NCBI GenBank assembly: GCA_028279595.1
Contig: JANQNK010000020.1
Coordinates: 64,001 to 128,000 of the forward strand
Length of the DNA: 64,000 nucleotides
Reading direction: 5' to 3'
Source: Thermoplasmatota archaeon
GTDB taxonomy: Archaea > Thermoplasmatota > JAKEGO01
This document shows, in pieces, positions 1 through 11,758 of this stretch. A program made the position numbers and the translations under genes. A model generated the notes under the pieces. The model saw nothing but the letters and a program-made list of their open reading frames with translations, made no database searches and was not told the DNA's origin. Within the stretch, counting starts at the first letter, position 1. Every line of letters starts with the position of its first letter.

Positions 1-2025
1 CGTGGTCCGTAGATTGATGCCAAATTTGTTATCTGAGATATTGTTGTAATTGACAACATTGAATCCACCCTGTTCTATGGTTATTCCAAATGAATTGTTC
101 GTGATAAGGCAAGAGGAGATTTTATTATTCTTCCCGTGGATCTCGATACCACCGTATGTACAATTCCTTACCTCCAGATTGTTTAATGTGACGTGATCAC
201 TGAAGACTATGATCCCGCTGCCTTCCGTACCCTGAATCATGAATTTTGCAATCTCTGTCCAGTCCGCGATTACAGTTATCACGATATTGTGGTCCTCAGC
301 CCCGCCAACGATTCGGGTGGTCTCTGAACCATTTCCGATTAGGCGTACAGGCGTCTCGATCGTCAATGTCTCTCGATAAATACCATCATAAACGCGAATG
401 ATCGAATCGGCGGCAGCATTGTCGATCGCATCCTGGATGGAAGAATAGTTCGCCCAAGACCCGCCATCGTCGTCGACTATAATATCACTGACGATCACAC
501 TGCTGGACCATTGATACATCAATGGGTACCTGTCCTTAGAATCTGAATCGATGGTATATGAGGTGTCTCCAATACCGTCATCATTGTTATCTATTCCTGA
601 ATAGTCGGACCAGAAATTCCCCTTCTTCCCGTTGTCCCATTGATTGGTTGACCCCTCATCCATCGCTTGAGGGCTCTTTTGACAGTCTATGAAATTATTA
701 TGGTGGATTGCGTTATTGCTCGCTCCAGATCTTAATTCGACTCCTGTCTTATTTGAGTTTATTATTGTATTATAAGCAATCAGATGATCCTCGGAATTTG
801 AGTATATTCCTTTAGACACATTGGAAAAAATACAACTGACAATCTTATTACCAATCCCTTCATACAGCAAGATGATGTTTCTCCCCCAGTGGTTCTCGAT
901 CGTGCAATTATCTATTGTGTTGTTATCTGAGTCGTCACGAAACATAATTGCGTAAGTGTCTCGTACGACATCATAAATGGAGGTGTGGGTTACGATATTG
1001 TTTGTACTATAATAGAAGTTTATCCCTGCGCTTGATTCCCCCCATCGGTCTGCCCATAAGGTGCAATTACTTACGACATTATCATTTGCGTAACGAAGAT
1101 GGATCCCGCTCCAATTATTTCGATAGATCTCTGAATCCTCAATATGGCAATTCTCTGAAGACACTAATCGTATTCCAATTTGATTATGGTGTATACTGGA
1201 ATTCCTTATCGTAATGTTATCCGAATGAATTATTTCCATTCCGCTGTCTGCAAATGAAATATTCTGGTTCTCAATGATGACATTAGACGAATTTATTAAA
1301 AATATCTGGCCATATGTCTCATTTATCGTACCTCCAGTTAGATTCGTGAACCAAATGATCTCTCTTTCGTTCACATAGTTATTCGTGAGTGTAGTGGTGA
1401 AATAATCCTCGATCGCGTCCAGAAAAACTGAGATGCTGTTGTCCTTGAATGTACAATTGATGACTGATGCGTTACGACTATTTGAGATACGGATCCCGTA
1501 ATAAATGTTGGTCAGAAAACTACAATTCGATATTGTGTTGTTGTGACTGTAGAACATTGCCACACCATCATAATCATAGTCAATGAAAGTGCAATTGTGA
1601 ATCGTATTATTGTGTGAATTGTAGGCCGATGGGGGGCTACCTCTGAGATTGATAGCCTCTATCGTGAAATCGGATATATTGAGACTTCCATCGAGAACAT
1701 CGAATTCGTTATCTATGAACGTTCTGTTTCTGTCTTCTCCAATGATAGTCAGGGACTTCTTCATCTCCGGCATCCAGTAAGTTCCTTTTCGAACGATCAA
1801 CGTATCATGTTCGTTCACTTCCTGGTACGCCTGTGTCAGGTTCTTGAAGTCGTGGTCTGGTCCTCCAGCCTTGTCCACGATCCAAGTCTCACCTTCAACA
1901 TTATTACACAAGACTGTGATAGAAACCAAAATAAGGACCAAGGGTACTACTATGAGCACCCTGCGGTCCTTCAGGAAACCATCACCTTTGTCCACTGTTG
2001 CTTGTCCCCTCATGCTATCCCTCAT
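1..2025 (-). CDS. Exported multi-NosD/PbH1 parallel beta-helix surface protein (partial, runs off the window; absent from the ORF track)
   Basis: Manual translation shows no stop from ATG 2025 (alt 2013) to position 1. Hydrophobic N-terminal segment; ETWIVDKAGGPDHDF...TLIVRKGTY and IIVDDDGGSWANYSSIQDAIDNA domain starts; NosD end motif NQWDNGKKGNFWSDYSGIDNNDDGIGDTSY..DRYPL. Confidence 0.9.
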   Translation of the reverse strand, partial: MRDSMRGQATVDKGDGFLKDRRVLIVVPLVLILVSITVLCNNVEGETWIVDKAGGPDHDFKNLTQAYQEVNEHDTLIVRKGTYWMPEMKKSLTIIGEDRNRTFIDNEFDVLDGSLNISDFTIEAINLRGSPPSAYNSHNNTIHNCTFIDYDYDGVAMFYSHNNTISNCSFLTNIYYGIRISNSRNASVINCTFKDNSISVFLDAIEDYFTTTLTNNYVNEREIIWFTNLTGGTINETYGQIFLINSSNVIIENQNISFADSGMEIIHSDNITIRNSSIHHNQIGIRLVSSENCHIEDSEIYRNNWSGIHLRYANDNVVSNCTLWADRWGESSAGINFYYSTNNIVTHTSIYDVVRDTYAIMFRDDSDNNTIDNCTIENHWGRNIILLYEGIGNKIVSCIFSNVSKGIYSNSEDHLIAYNTIINSNKTGVELRSGASNNAIHHNNFIDCQKSPQAMDEGSTNQWDNGKKGNFWSDYSGIDNNDDGIGDTSYTIDSDSKDRYPLMYQWSSSVIVSDIIVDDDGGSWANYSSIQDAIDNAAADSIIRVYDGIYRETLTIETPVRLIGNGSETTRIVGGAEDHNIVITVIADWTEIAKFMIQGTEGSGIIVFSDHVTLNNLEVRNCTYGGIEIHGKNNKISSCLITNNSFGITIEQGGFNVVNYNNISDNKFGINLRTT

Positions 2026-2137
2026 CGGGATTTCTATCTTTCCGTGCTTATATGTGCAGATTGGTTCAGTCATCGAAACTCATAGGACTTTCGGTCGAAT
2101 TATCGGAAATGTTCACGTATATTACTAAATACCCCCA

Positions 2138-2911
2138 GTGTTTACGTTCGTTCAGATGCTTGCGGTGAAGGGGCTCACCAAGTGGTACGAGGGTTCGAGC
2201 AAAGCTGCAGTGGACAAGCTTTTTTTCCAGGCCAAGAAGGGAGAGATCGTAGGAGTTCTCGGTACCAACGGTGCCGGAAAGACCACAACGCTCTCGGTTA
2301 TCGCAGGATTGCTGCCTCCGACCCAGGGCGACGTCACCGTTTCTGGATACAGCGTCTCGCGGGACCCTCTTCTCGTCAAGAAGAGGATCGGATACATGCC
2401 CGAGAACCCACATCTTTACGAACGTCTTACCGGATGGGAGTTCCTGAGACTCATCATCGACCTACGCGGTGTCGACCGCGAGAAGGGCGAGAAGTTCATG
2501 TCCGAGTTGGGAACATACATCGAGCTCTACGACCGCCTTGACGACTTCGTAAGCACTTATTCGAAGGGAATGATCCAGAAGCTGGCATTCATGGCCGCAG
2601 TCGGCCACAGGCCGAAGGTGCTACTCCTGGACGAGCCTTTCTCCGGTATAGATCCGGTCGCGTCGAGGAAGATGCGCGAGTGGGTCCGGGGCTATTCCAA
2701 GAAGGGCCACACCGTACTTCTCAGCACCCACATAATCGACCTGGCGCAGCGGATGTGCGACAGGGTCGTGATCATCCACGAGGGCAAGAAGGTGGAGCAT
2801 GGGACGATCCCGGAGATCGTGGGGCGGGCGGAGGTCGAGCACCTCGAGGACGCTTTCATCCATGTTATCGGGAGGAAACGCAGTGAGAACGGAGTCCCTA
2901 CTACATGCTGA
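2138..2911 (+). CDS. ABC transporter ATP-binding protein (ABC-2/exporter type)
   Basis: Walker A GTNGAGKTT, signature YSKGM, Walker B LLLDEP, STH switch. Confidence 0.95.
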   Translation: MFTFVQMLAVKGLTKWYEGSSKAAVDKLFFQAKKGEIVGVLGTNGAGKTTTLSVIAGLLPPTQGDVTVSGYSVSRDPLLVKKRIGYMPENPHLYERLTGWEFLRLIIDLRGVDREKGEKFMSELGTYIELYDRLDDFVSTYSKGMIQKLAFMAAVGHRPKVLLLDEPFSGIDPVASRKMREWVRGYSKKGHTVLLSTHIIDLAQRMCDRVVIIHEGKKVEHGTIPEIVGRAEVEHLEDAFIHVIGRKRSENGVPTTC

Positions 2912-4442
2912 TGTCCTCGCGACATGGCGTCTCCTCAATTACAGACTGCAGAAGCATGCCATTCTCTCAGCCTTCATAATCGTCTCCGTCGTGGGATTGT
3001 CCTACCTGATAGTATGGGGTATCCTTGTCATCATGGATGGAGGCGTTGAACTGGGCCTCACTCGCCGGGACACCATGCTGCTGATGTTCGGCATCATGCT
3101 GGCACGATCGATCACGTACACCTACAACCGTTTCCTCAAGTCCCGGGAGATGCAATACATAATGTCGTCCCCGGTCCCCGAGAGGGACCTCGCGTTCAAC
3201 AGGCTCCAGCTCAACTTCATACTCCTCGGAACCCTCTTCACCATAGCCCTGGGACTGTTCTGGAGCTCGATATTGATCGCCGGGACACAGGGGCTGGGTC
3301 CCGGGAACCTACCTCCCACCCTGATCTACGAACTGCTCGTGTTGTTCGCCCTTGCACTGTTCTTCGGGTACTCGATACCGGTGAAGGTCCAGGTCAGGCC
3401 GGTTAAACGGGCAACTGTCCTGTTGCTGCCCGAGATCTACACGGGATTCCTGCTGTTCCTCGTCCTGCCGATATCCGGGGACAGGATCGCTCCGGACCCG
3501 GTCTATCTTGTCATGATATCGATAACCCTCGTCATCGGGCTCGAATCCTTCTTCATGGCGATCCCCCTCGCGAAGACGGGATGGGCGAGACAGACCATGA
3601 AGATGGGCGCCTCGAGACCGATGAGGGCGCCGGTGCATTTCTCCAGGAGCGCCCACAGGTTCTGGGGGTCTCGGCTGTCGAGCCTCGTCACCAAGGAGGT
3701 CAAGATCGTGCTCAGGGAGAAGGAGTTCGTCGGGAACCTTCTGGTATCCGTGTCGATAGTCGTGCTGGTCGCTGTGACATTCCTATACTTCCCCCTCGAC
3801 CTCGCATCGGGCATGGAGGGGAACAGCTACCTCGTCTATCCTATGCTGATCGGCTTCTCACTCTACCTGATCGGCGTCCTCATGGGCGCGCTGACGAACC
3901 TTTCCATGGTGGGGATCGAGGGGAAGGCGATGTGGAACCTCAAGGTCCTGCCCATCCTCGGATGGGAGGTGATGTGGTCCAAGGCCATTGCGACGTTCCT
4001 GGTCGCCTGGCCGGTGATGATGGCCGCAGCTCTCACGGTTCCTTTACTTGGACAGTACCCGATCGCTGTCACTGTCTTCTTCGCTGTGGAGGCAAACGCG
4101 TTCCTGCTCGCCTTCATCGGACTCGGCTCCTGGGCCTCTGCCGCTTACCCTAGCTTCGACGACATGGAGCACGGGATGCCTGACATCCTCATACAGATAC
4201 TCATGCTCATCTTCACGTTCATCGTGGCCATCTTCATCGGGGCCATCCCCGCGATAATAATGAGAGCGGACCACCTCTACGGCCTGTTCGCGTGCATGGT
4301 CGCACTCCTTTTCAGTATCGTCATTTTCGAGCTCGGCGTCCGGGGCGGCGCCTACAGATACGAGCTGATCGACGCCGAGGTCTACTCGGGCGGCGTGAAC
4401 TACGTCGGGAAGAAGGGAAAGTTCATCGACTACAGGTATTGA
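2883..4442 (+). CDS. Putative ABC exporter permease, multi-pass membrane protein
   Basis: Many hydrophobic segments; overlaps the ATPase; likely GTG start at 2883; EGKAMWNLKVLP motif typical of ABC-2-like permeases. Confidence 0.75.
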   Translation: MRTESLLHADVLATWRLLNYRLQKHAILSAFIIVSVVGLSYLIVWGILVIMDGGVELGLTRRDTMLLMFGIMLARSITYTYNRFLKSREMQYIMSSPVPERDLAFNRLQLNFILLGTLFTIALGLFWSSILIAGTQGLGPGNLPPTLIYELLVLFALALFFGYSIPVKVQVRPVKRATVLLLPEIYTGFLLFLVLPISGDRIAPDPVYLVMISITLVIGLESFFMAIPLAKTGWARQTMKMGASRPMRAPVHFSRSAHRFWGSRLSSLVTKEVKIVLREKEFVGNLLVSVSIVVLVAVTFLYFPLDLASGMEGNSYLVYPMLIGFSLYLIGVLMGALTNLSMVGIEGKAMWNLKVLPILGWEVMWSKAIATFLVAWPVMMAAALTVPLLGQYPIAVTVFFAVEANAFLLAFIGLGSWASAAYPSFDDMEHGMPDILIQILMLIFTFIVAIFIGAIPAIIMRADHLYGLFACMVALLFSIVIFELGVRGGAYRYELIDAEVYSGGVNYVGKKGKFIDYRY

Positions 4443-4486
4443 GAACGATACCTTTGCAGAAACGGTGATTTTCAGAACGATGGTTT

Positions 4487-4510
4487 GACACTTGACGACC
4501 TAAGACAATA
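4487..4510 (-). other. 3' arm of the 16S pre-rRNA processing stem
   Basis: 4487-4500 GACACTTGACGACC is the exact reverse complement of 6086-6099; 4502-4509 pairs with 6063-6070. Confidence 0.8.
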
Positions 4511-4513
4511 GGT

Positions 4514-4531
4514 GGGGGGCCGAAGCCCCCC
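4514..4531 (-). other. GC hairpin with cUUCGg tetraloop in the 16S trailer
   Basis: GGGGGGC-TTCG-GCCCCCC on the minus strand just 3' of the 16S. Confidence 0.75.
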
Positions 4532-4541
4532 TGAGTTGCGT

Positions 4542-6009
<1,468 letters not shown>

Positions 6010-6062
6010 TGTCTCTCTCGTTTGGGAAATGCCCGCGGCTTCATGCTGTACGCACTCACCAC

Positions 6063-6099
6063 ATTGTCTTTATTATATCTGGTTCGGTCGTCAAGTGTC
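6063..6099 (-). other. 5' arm of the 16S pre-rRNA processing stem
   Basis: Inverted repeat partner of 4487-4510. Confidence 0.8.
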
Positions 6100-6253
6100 G
6101 GATCCGAGAGGGCACGGTTTACACCGGATTTCTCGGACCCCCATCTGAGGGACTGCGTGGAACCGAGACGCTCATGGGTCGCAGGATGCGAACTCACGCC
6201 TCAAGCCGGAGCAGTCCATGTCCTATGAGGACTATCCCCTCACAGGGCCATCT

Positions 6254-6272
6254 CATATAAATGATTTTCTCT
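6254..6272 (-). promoter_or_regulatory. BRE/TATA promoter for the 16S rRNA
   Basis: Minus strand AGAGAAAATCATTTATATG about 250 nt upstream of the mature 16S and upstream of the processing stem. Confidence 0.6.
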
Positions 6273-6400
6273 TATTACCCTTTCGGTGGAAGGGACCTGA
6301 TACCGTCTTTCGTCGAAGAAATGAGGGTATGAGAATCCCGCTTCCCGTTGTTGCTGAAATCGTTATATACGGATTGGCCTATTCCGGCAGAGGGGATCAC

Positions 6401-7162
6401 ATGGGACTGATAGACGATACTCCACCGATGGAATGGGGAATTATCAAGATTATAGTGGTGCTGCTATGCGTAGGACTGTTCTTCGCGCCATTCCTACCAT
6501 GGATGTGGGAGGACAACGAGATCTTCGATTTCAACAAGGAATGGGACGGGCTTGATGATGACATGTATGCTAATCCGTCGATATCCTACACCGTATGGCT
6601 AATAACGCTATTCGCACTCATCTTCCTGTTCATCGGCTACGAGATCAGTATCGACATCGATGGTGATAGGAAACGGATGAACGAACTTATTGCAGCCATG
6701 CTATTCTTCATCCTATTCATTCTCTCTGCCAGCTTCTACTACAAACTCAATGACATCAGCGAGGACTGGGCCTCTCAATCTGGTGTGGATGTCGGTGTAG
6801 GGATCGGCCTCGTATTGGTCGTGATCGCAGCGTTCCTGAACATGATCCTCTGCACTGTACTCTGGAAGCAGAAGGTGGACGAGGATTTCTTCGCTTCGAG
6901 GGAAAAACCCGTCAAGGAGACGACACCTGCTGTGGAACCCACCCCCAAGCCGGCTCCGCAACCGGTACCCGAACCCAGACCTGAACCAGTGCCAGAACCT
7001 GTCGTGGAGGCAAAGCCTGAACCTGCACCAGTGCCGCAGGCCGCTCCTCCGGCAAAGGCGGCTGAGGATGAAGGTCTCTCCAAGACTGCCGCGTTCAAGA
7101 AGGAGATCGAGAAGGACGACAAGCTGCCACCGCCGCCATGGATCAAAAGGGAAGAGGACTGA
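6401..7162 (+). CDS. 4-TM membrane protein with Pro/Glu-rich C-terminal tail
   Basis: ATG 6401 after AGGGG and a TATA-like element; four hydrophobic helices; PEP repeats ending LPPPPW. Confidence 0.75.
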   Translation: MGLIDDTPPMEWGIIKIIVVLLCVGLFFAPFLPWMWEDNEIFDFNKEWDGLDDDMYANPSISYTVWLITLFALIFLFIGYEISIDIDGDRKRMNELIAAMLFFILFILSASFYYKLNDISEDWASQSGVDVGVGIGLVLVVIAAFLNMILCTVLWKQKVDEDFFASREKPVKETTPAVEPTPKPAPQPVPEPRPEPVPEPVVEAKPEPAPVPQAAPPAKAAEDEGLSKTAAFKKEIEKDDKLPPPPWIKREED

Positions 7163-7669
7163 TCAGGCCGTACCGTTGGCATAGTAGTAGACTTCTACGT
7201 GCATGTCGTAGGGAGTACCCAGTGCTGCGTATGCTACGGCGGTCGCTGTATATTCACCGTAACCGAACCGCTTCATGATGTCGAGCTCGCGCAGGATGAT
7301 GGATTCCTCGCTGCTCGGATTACCGGATGTCGCGGACCCTCCATCAGCTCCCTCGAGGGTCAGGTCGAGGTCCTCCGATCCGGTGATGCCCGATCCCGAG
7401 AGGTTCACGATGACCTTGAAGGCGCCCTCGTCCACGTCGAAGGTGTGCTCTCCGTTCATTCCGATCCCGACTATGCCGCTGGCGACACCGGAGAAATCGT
7501 ACTCCTCGACGGTGAACTCCTTCTTGGTATTCGAGTCGTCAGAGCTGCCGCCGCTGCTTCCCTTGTCGTCATCGTTCTCCGGAGCCGTCGCGACCGCCAC
7601 CGCTAGGACGAGTACGAGAATGATGGCGGCGAGGACCTTCGTGTTCCGGAGGATGGGTTTGATGTCCAT
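7163..7669 (-). CDS. Exported/anchored small beta-sandwich (PPC-like) protein
   Basis: Start MDIKPILRNTK followed by a hydrophobic helix, a Ser/Gly/Asp linker and a DLDLTLEG motif. Confidence 0.65.
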   Translation of the reverse strand: MDIKPILRNTKVLAAIILVLVLAVAVATAPENDDDKGSSGGSSDDSNTKKEFTVEEYDFSGVASGIVGIGMNGEHTFDVDEGAFKVIVNLSGSGITGSEDLDLTLEGADGGSATSGNPSSEESIILRELDIMKRFGYGEYTATAVAYAALGTPYDMHVEVYYYANGTA

Positions 7670-7724
7670 CGGGAATGCATCTAGAACACCGGTAATAATG
7701 TTTTCCGTCCACACGAGGCGATAC

Positions 7725-7768
7725 GACGCGCTCGCCAGTTCCTCTGTATACTGGCAACGCGCCTCACC
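7725..7768. repeat. Dispersed hairpin element copy 1 (GACGCGCTCG-N20-CAACGCGCCTCACC)
   Basis: Arms match the copies at 18470 and 54386; core CCAGT-N10-ACTGG. Confidence 0.8.
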
Positions 7769-7803
7769 GGGCCCGCAGGTGGTGTCCTGGGCATCGTCGC
7801 TGG

Positions 7804-7821
7804 CTGGCAACGCGTTTCACC
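7804..7821. repeat. Half copy (right arm) of the dispersed hairpin element
   Basis: CTGGCAACGCGTTTCACC, 16/18 identical to 7751-7768. Confidence 0.55.
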
Positions 7822-7935
7822 CGATCGGTATGGGATGCCACGGCCTACTTCCCTCCGTATGGCATCTTAAAATGGATGGTCAGGAAACATTGCCACCGGC
7901 ACTTTTATATCCTTACAGATATCCACGTTCGAGAG

Positions 7936-8964
7936 ATGAAGATCGTCCACAGGGACCTCTCCAAGAACGAGGTCGTGGTGATAGTCGAGAACGACGACGA
8001 CCTCTGGGCACTGAACAACATCGTCCGGCCCGGGGACGTCGTGCACGCAAGCACCTACCGGAAGGAGGAGCGGGCGTCCGACAAGCTGCGGCCCGAGAAA
8101 TCGGAGAGGAAACGGGTCTACATAGGGCTCGAGGTGGAGAAGGTCGAGTTCCATCAGTTCTCCGGAGATCTCAGGATACACGGTCTGATCGTCGAGGCAG
8201 CCTGGGACGTCGGTTCGTATCACACACTGATCGTGGGCGCGGGAACCAAGCTCAAGATGGTCCGCAGGTTCACCGGCCTCGACATGAAGATCCTGGAGGA
8301 GAGCGTCGCCGATGCAAAGAGGCCGGATGTGACGTTCATTTCCATGGACGACGAGCTCGCCACCGTAGCATTCATGTCGAAGAGAGGGATCCAGCAGGTC
8401 TGTGATATCCCTGGACCTGGATCAGGGAAGATGTTCAAGGTCAAGACCGATGACAGTTACTTCGCCGAGGTCGCCACTGCAGTGGAGAACGTCGAGACGG
8501 AGTTCATCGTGCTCGTCGGTCCCGGCTTCACCAAGGAATCCTTCATGAAGTTCGTGAAGGAGAAGCAGCTCCTGTCCGGAAAGAAGCTCCACGCCGAGGC
8601 CGCCGGTGCTGCCGGCATGTCAGGCATCAACGAGGTCCTGAAGAAGGGCGCCCTTTCACGGTTCCTGAAGGACTCGAGGACCGGGGACGAGCTACAGGCG
8701 GTCGAGAGGGTCCTCGGAGCCATCTCGGGCGGTGGTGACGCCGCCTACGGATTCGTCGAGGTCAGGAAGGCCCTCGAGATGGGCGCTGTCGATATGCTGT
8801 TGATCATGGACCACATGGTCCGGGAGGGCTCCGGCGACGAGCTGTTCAGGCTCGCGCGGGGGACGAACTCCAGTACACTGGTCGTATCCTCCGGCCACGA
8901 TGGCGGCCGGAAGCTCGATGGTCTAGGCGGCGTGGCGGCGCTGCTGAGATACAGCATAGGTTGA
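7936..8964 (+). CDS. pelA: mRNA surveillance protein pelota (Dom34)
   Basis: ENDDDLWAL, GSYHTL, LVGPGFTK, AAYG..EV..A...GAV, LDGLGGVAALLRY. Confidence 0.95.
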   Translation: MKIVHRDLSKNEVVVIVENDDDLWALNNIVRPGDVVHASTYRKEERASDKLRPEKSERKRVYIGLEVEKVEFHQFSGDLRIHGLIVEAAWDVGSYHTLIVGAGTKLKMVRRFTGLDMKILEESVADAKRPDVTFISMDDELATVAFMSKRGIQQVCDIPGPGSGKMFKVKTDDSYFAEVATAVENVETEFIVLVGPGFTKESFMKFVKEKQLLSGKKLHAEAAGAAGMSGINEVLKKGALSRFLKDSRTGDELQAVERVLGAISGGGDAAYGFVEVRKALEMGAVDMLLIMDHMVREGSGDELFRLARGTNSSTLVVSSGHDGGRKLDGLGGVAALLRYSIG

Positions 8965-8973
8965 GGTGGTGTT

Positions 8974-9342
8974 ATGGGAGAACGGCACATCAACAAACTG
9001 GATGCAAAGCTCGCAACCGTCGGCGTCGACGTTCCGGCGAGGATCGAACTCCTCGGCGATTCGATAGAGCTCGAGAACAGACTGTTCGAATCCCTCAAGC
9101 TGTCGGAGGACCATCCCGAACGGGTCGCTTTCCGAAGGGAGATGTCCGTTCACATGGTCGAACTCCGCCGGGCCCTCTCTGCGGCCGAGGACGAGGTCAG
9201 GGCCGAGGACCTGCTCCTCAAGGGACGGATCCTGAAGAAGGTGCTTTTCATCCTGGACTCAAAGGACGACCTCGGACCGCATCGCGACAACGAGGACGTC
9301 AAGCGATGGATCGACTTCGTCGACAAGATAAAACATGATTGA
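8974..9342 (+). CDS. Conserved archaeal helical protein (DUF5788-like)
   Basis: ATVGVDVP..I...G..I.L N-terminus and KRW..F C-terminus; GAGGTGG RBS. Confidence 0.6.
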   Translation: MGERHINKLDAKLATVGVDVPARIELLGDSIELENRLFESLKLSEDHPERVAFRREMSVHMVELRRALSAAEDEVRAEDLLLKGRILKKVLFILDSKDDLGPHRDNEDVKRWIDFVDKIKHD

Positions 9343-9392
9343 CCCCCTTTAGCGATCATTGTGAAGGGTCAGTGAATAAACGATATCGAGCG

Positions 9393-10586
9393 TCAGGCTT
9401 CCCGAGGCGGACCGAGTGTCGCAGCCCTCCGCGCTATCAGGAACACGGCCAGGTGCTCAGGTACGGAGTTCTCACCTGCGTTGAGGACGTGGTCGACACC
9501 CTTCATCCTCATCGAGAACGGCTCCTTCAGATGTAAGGTGACCTCCTCATCGCCGAACGCCACCGCCTGGTCAAGCGGTTCGAACGTCCTGAAGGCGTCG
9601 ATGTCCAGCTCCACCACACGGAGCCCGGTCTTTCCGTGGAGTGATCCAGGCACCCTGATCAGTCGTTTGATATCCGTCGTCACGGGTTCGTCCGCCTCGC
9701 CCATCGCCTCCATGCGGCCGCGTTCGACGACCGCCTTGACGAATGGCATTACTGGGAACCTGTCGGGGAAGATGTCGATGTTCCCGGCGGACAGGTCGTC
9801 CTTCCAGTCCGACGCCAGTCTGTCGAGTATCTGTTCCCCGCTCTTCTTCCCGATTCCCTCGAGCGATGTGATCTCCTTGAGGGCCTCGTCACGCGGAAGG
9901 GACGAGATACGTTCGAGGTCCGCTATCACGGCCCGGGTGATCCGACCGCCCCATCCCGGATGGTCGATCGAGGGAAGCCTGTACGTGAACTTCTCCTTCG
10001 TGTATCGTCCCCGGGTCGTCGAATCGATGGCTATCTTCTTGAGAAGGATGTCGAGGTTCAGTCCGCGACCTGAGATGTAGTCGATGATCTCCCTCCTCGC
10101 TCCCGAGGAGAGCGGCAGGATGTCCGGTCGGGACACGTGGAGATGGTATCCCCGACCGCCCGAGAAGACGAGCCTGACATGCTCCTCCTCGATCCCCAGG
10201 TCGCCGAGGACGAAGTCGTCGAGGAGCTTTGCCATCTCACGGCGTACGGCGGAGAGCATCTCCTCGTAGGTCATCGTCTCGGCTCCGGGAAGGTGGTCCG
10301 AATCCAGATCGAAGATGAGGTCCGCTCCGAGCCAGCCCTTCTCCACCATACGCCTGGCCGAAGGTTCCGTGTAATAGGCCGTGGAGTAGTATGCATGGGC
10401 GGGGACCTCCTTCGAGAAGAACCTGTTGACGTTCTCCGTTGACGAGAACGCCATGTGGCGGACCATGTAGCCTCCACCGAAGAACATGAACCCCCATTCA
10501 CGCCTGCCAAATCGCGGAGGGACCTCGGGATTGTTCCGACCGTAGTGGTCCGAGAATCTCCTCTGCAGGAACTTGATCTCCTCCAT
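9393..10586 (-). CDS. priS: DNA primase small (catalytic) subunit
   Basis: RREWGF, AYYSTAYY, GADLIFDLDSD, FSGGRGYH, DEPVTTDIKRLIRVPGSLHGKTG. Confidence 0.97.
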   Translation of the reverse strand: MEEIKFLQRRFSDHYGRNNPEVPPRFGRREWGFMFFGGGYMVRHMAFSSTENVNRFFSKEVPAHAYYSTAYYTEPSARRMVEKGWLGADLIFDLDSDHLPGAETMTYEEMLSAVRREMAKLLDDFVLGDLGIEEEHVRLVFSGGRGYHLHVSRPDILPLSSGARREIIDYISGRGLNLDILLKKIAIDSTTRGRYTKEKFTYRLPSIDHPGWGGRITRAVIADLERISSLPRDEALKEITSLEGIGKKSGEQILDRLASDWKDDLSAGNIDIFPDRFPVMPFVKAVVERGRMEAMGEADEPVTTDIKRLIRVPGSLHGKTGLRVVELDIDAFRTFEPLDQAVAFGDEEVTLHLKEPFSMRMKGVDHVLNAGENSVPEHLAVFLIARRAATLGPPREA

Positions 10587-10597
10587 ACCGATCGCCG

Positions 10598-10822
10598 TCA
10601 GAGTATCCTTTTCAACAGGTCCTCGTCGAGGGCGACGTAGAGCACTATCATCACGACGGCGAGCCCCGTCGATAGGACGGCGAACCACTTCACCTTGTCG
10701 GCAAGGTCCTCGAAGGACACCGCGATGTACACGTACGCCATGACGATCGCGATGAACGTGAATGCAATGCCCCCACTGAGGAAACTGCGCCTGAACGCAG
10801 CCCTCTGTCTGTTCGGTCTCAT
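10598..10822 (-). CDS. Small 2-TM membrane protein
   Basis: 74 aa with two hydrophobic helices, directly upstream of priS. Confidence 0.6.
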   Translation of the reverse strand: MRPNRQRAAFRRSFLSGGIAFTFIAIVMAYVYIAVSFEDLADKVKWFAVLSTGLAVVMIVLYVALDEDLLKRIL

Positions 10823-10897
10823 GAACTTACTATTCCTGGCTCAATAGATAAAACTAACTGTAAAGGGAGCCAGTATCTGGACCTTCACAAATGGACC

Positions 10898-11758
10898 TCA
10901 GAGCGTGCCATTTAGGCGTTTGATGACGTCCCGCGCTCCTTGGCCGTAGGTCGGATGGGTCAGGGCCATCTCGATGTTCGCCTCGAGCCATCCCGTCACG
11001 GTCCCCGAGTCGAAGCGGCGACCCTCGAACCTGTAGCCGTAGACGTCCCGCTCCTCGATGATCATGTCGATCGCGTCACTCAGCTGTATCTCCCCGCCGT
11101 GTCCCTCGCCTGTCCTGTCGAACGCGTCGAAGATCTCGGGCGGGAGTATGTACCGTCCTATAAGAGCGAGGTCGGATGCCGCCTCCTCCGCAGGAGGCTT
11201 CTCCACGACGTTGTGGACCTGGTAGAGCCTGTCGTCCATGTGCGTCGCCGTGGCGACGCCGTATCGCGAGATCTCCTCCTTCGGCATCTGCTCGAGCGAT
11301 AGGATCGGAGCATCCAGCTTCCGGTGCATGTCGAGGAGCTGTCCGATGGCGGGCTTCTCGGATACGATGATGTCGTCGGGGAGCATTACAGCGAAGGGTT
11401 CGTTGCCGATGAACTCCCGGGCGTGGTTGATGGCGTCCCCGAGTCCCGCGGGTACCTTCTGGCGGATGTAATGGATGTGCGACATGCATCCGATCTGGAG
11501 GACCTCGTTGAAGTGCTCGTCCTTCTCCTTCTCCTTGAGGTAGAACTCGAGCTCCAGGGACCGGTCGAAGTGGTCCTCTATGGCCTGCTTCCACCGGCTG
11601 GTGATTATGAGGATGTCCTTGATCCCCGCGGCGATGGCCTCCTCCACGACGTACTGTATCGCGGGCTTGTCCACGAGCGGGACCATCTCCTTGGGCAACG
11701 CCTTGGTCGCGGGCAGGAACCTCGTCCCCAGGCCCGCGGCCGGTATGACCGCCTTCAT
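10898..11758 (-). CDS. galU: UTP--glucose-1-phosphate uridylyltransferase
   Basis: KAVIPAAGLGTRFLPATKALPKEM, GLGDAI, VEKP, GEIQLSDAI. Confidence 0.95.
   Translation of the reverse strand: MKAVIPAAGLGTRFLPATKALPKEMVPLVDKPAIQYVVEEAIAAGIKDILIITSRWKQAIEDHFDRSLELEFYLKEKEKDEHFNEVLQIGCMSHIHYIRQKVPAGLGDAINHAREFIGNEPFAVMLPDDIIVSEKPAIGQLLDMHRKLDAPILSLEQMPKEEISRYGVATATHMDDRLYQVHNVVEKPPAEEAASDLALIGRYILPPEIFDAFDRTGEGHGGEIQLSDAIDMIIEERDVYGYRFEGRRFDSGTVTGWLEANIEMALTHPTYGQGARDVIKRLNGTL

Noticed and set aside
7670-7935. SRP, RNase P or 5S RNA in this structured intergenic region
   Set aside because: The conserved signature motifs of these RNAs are absent.
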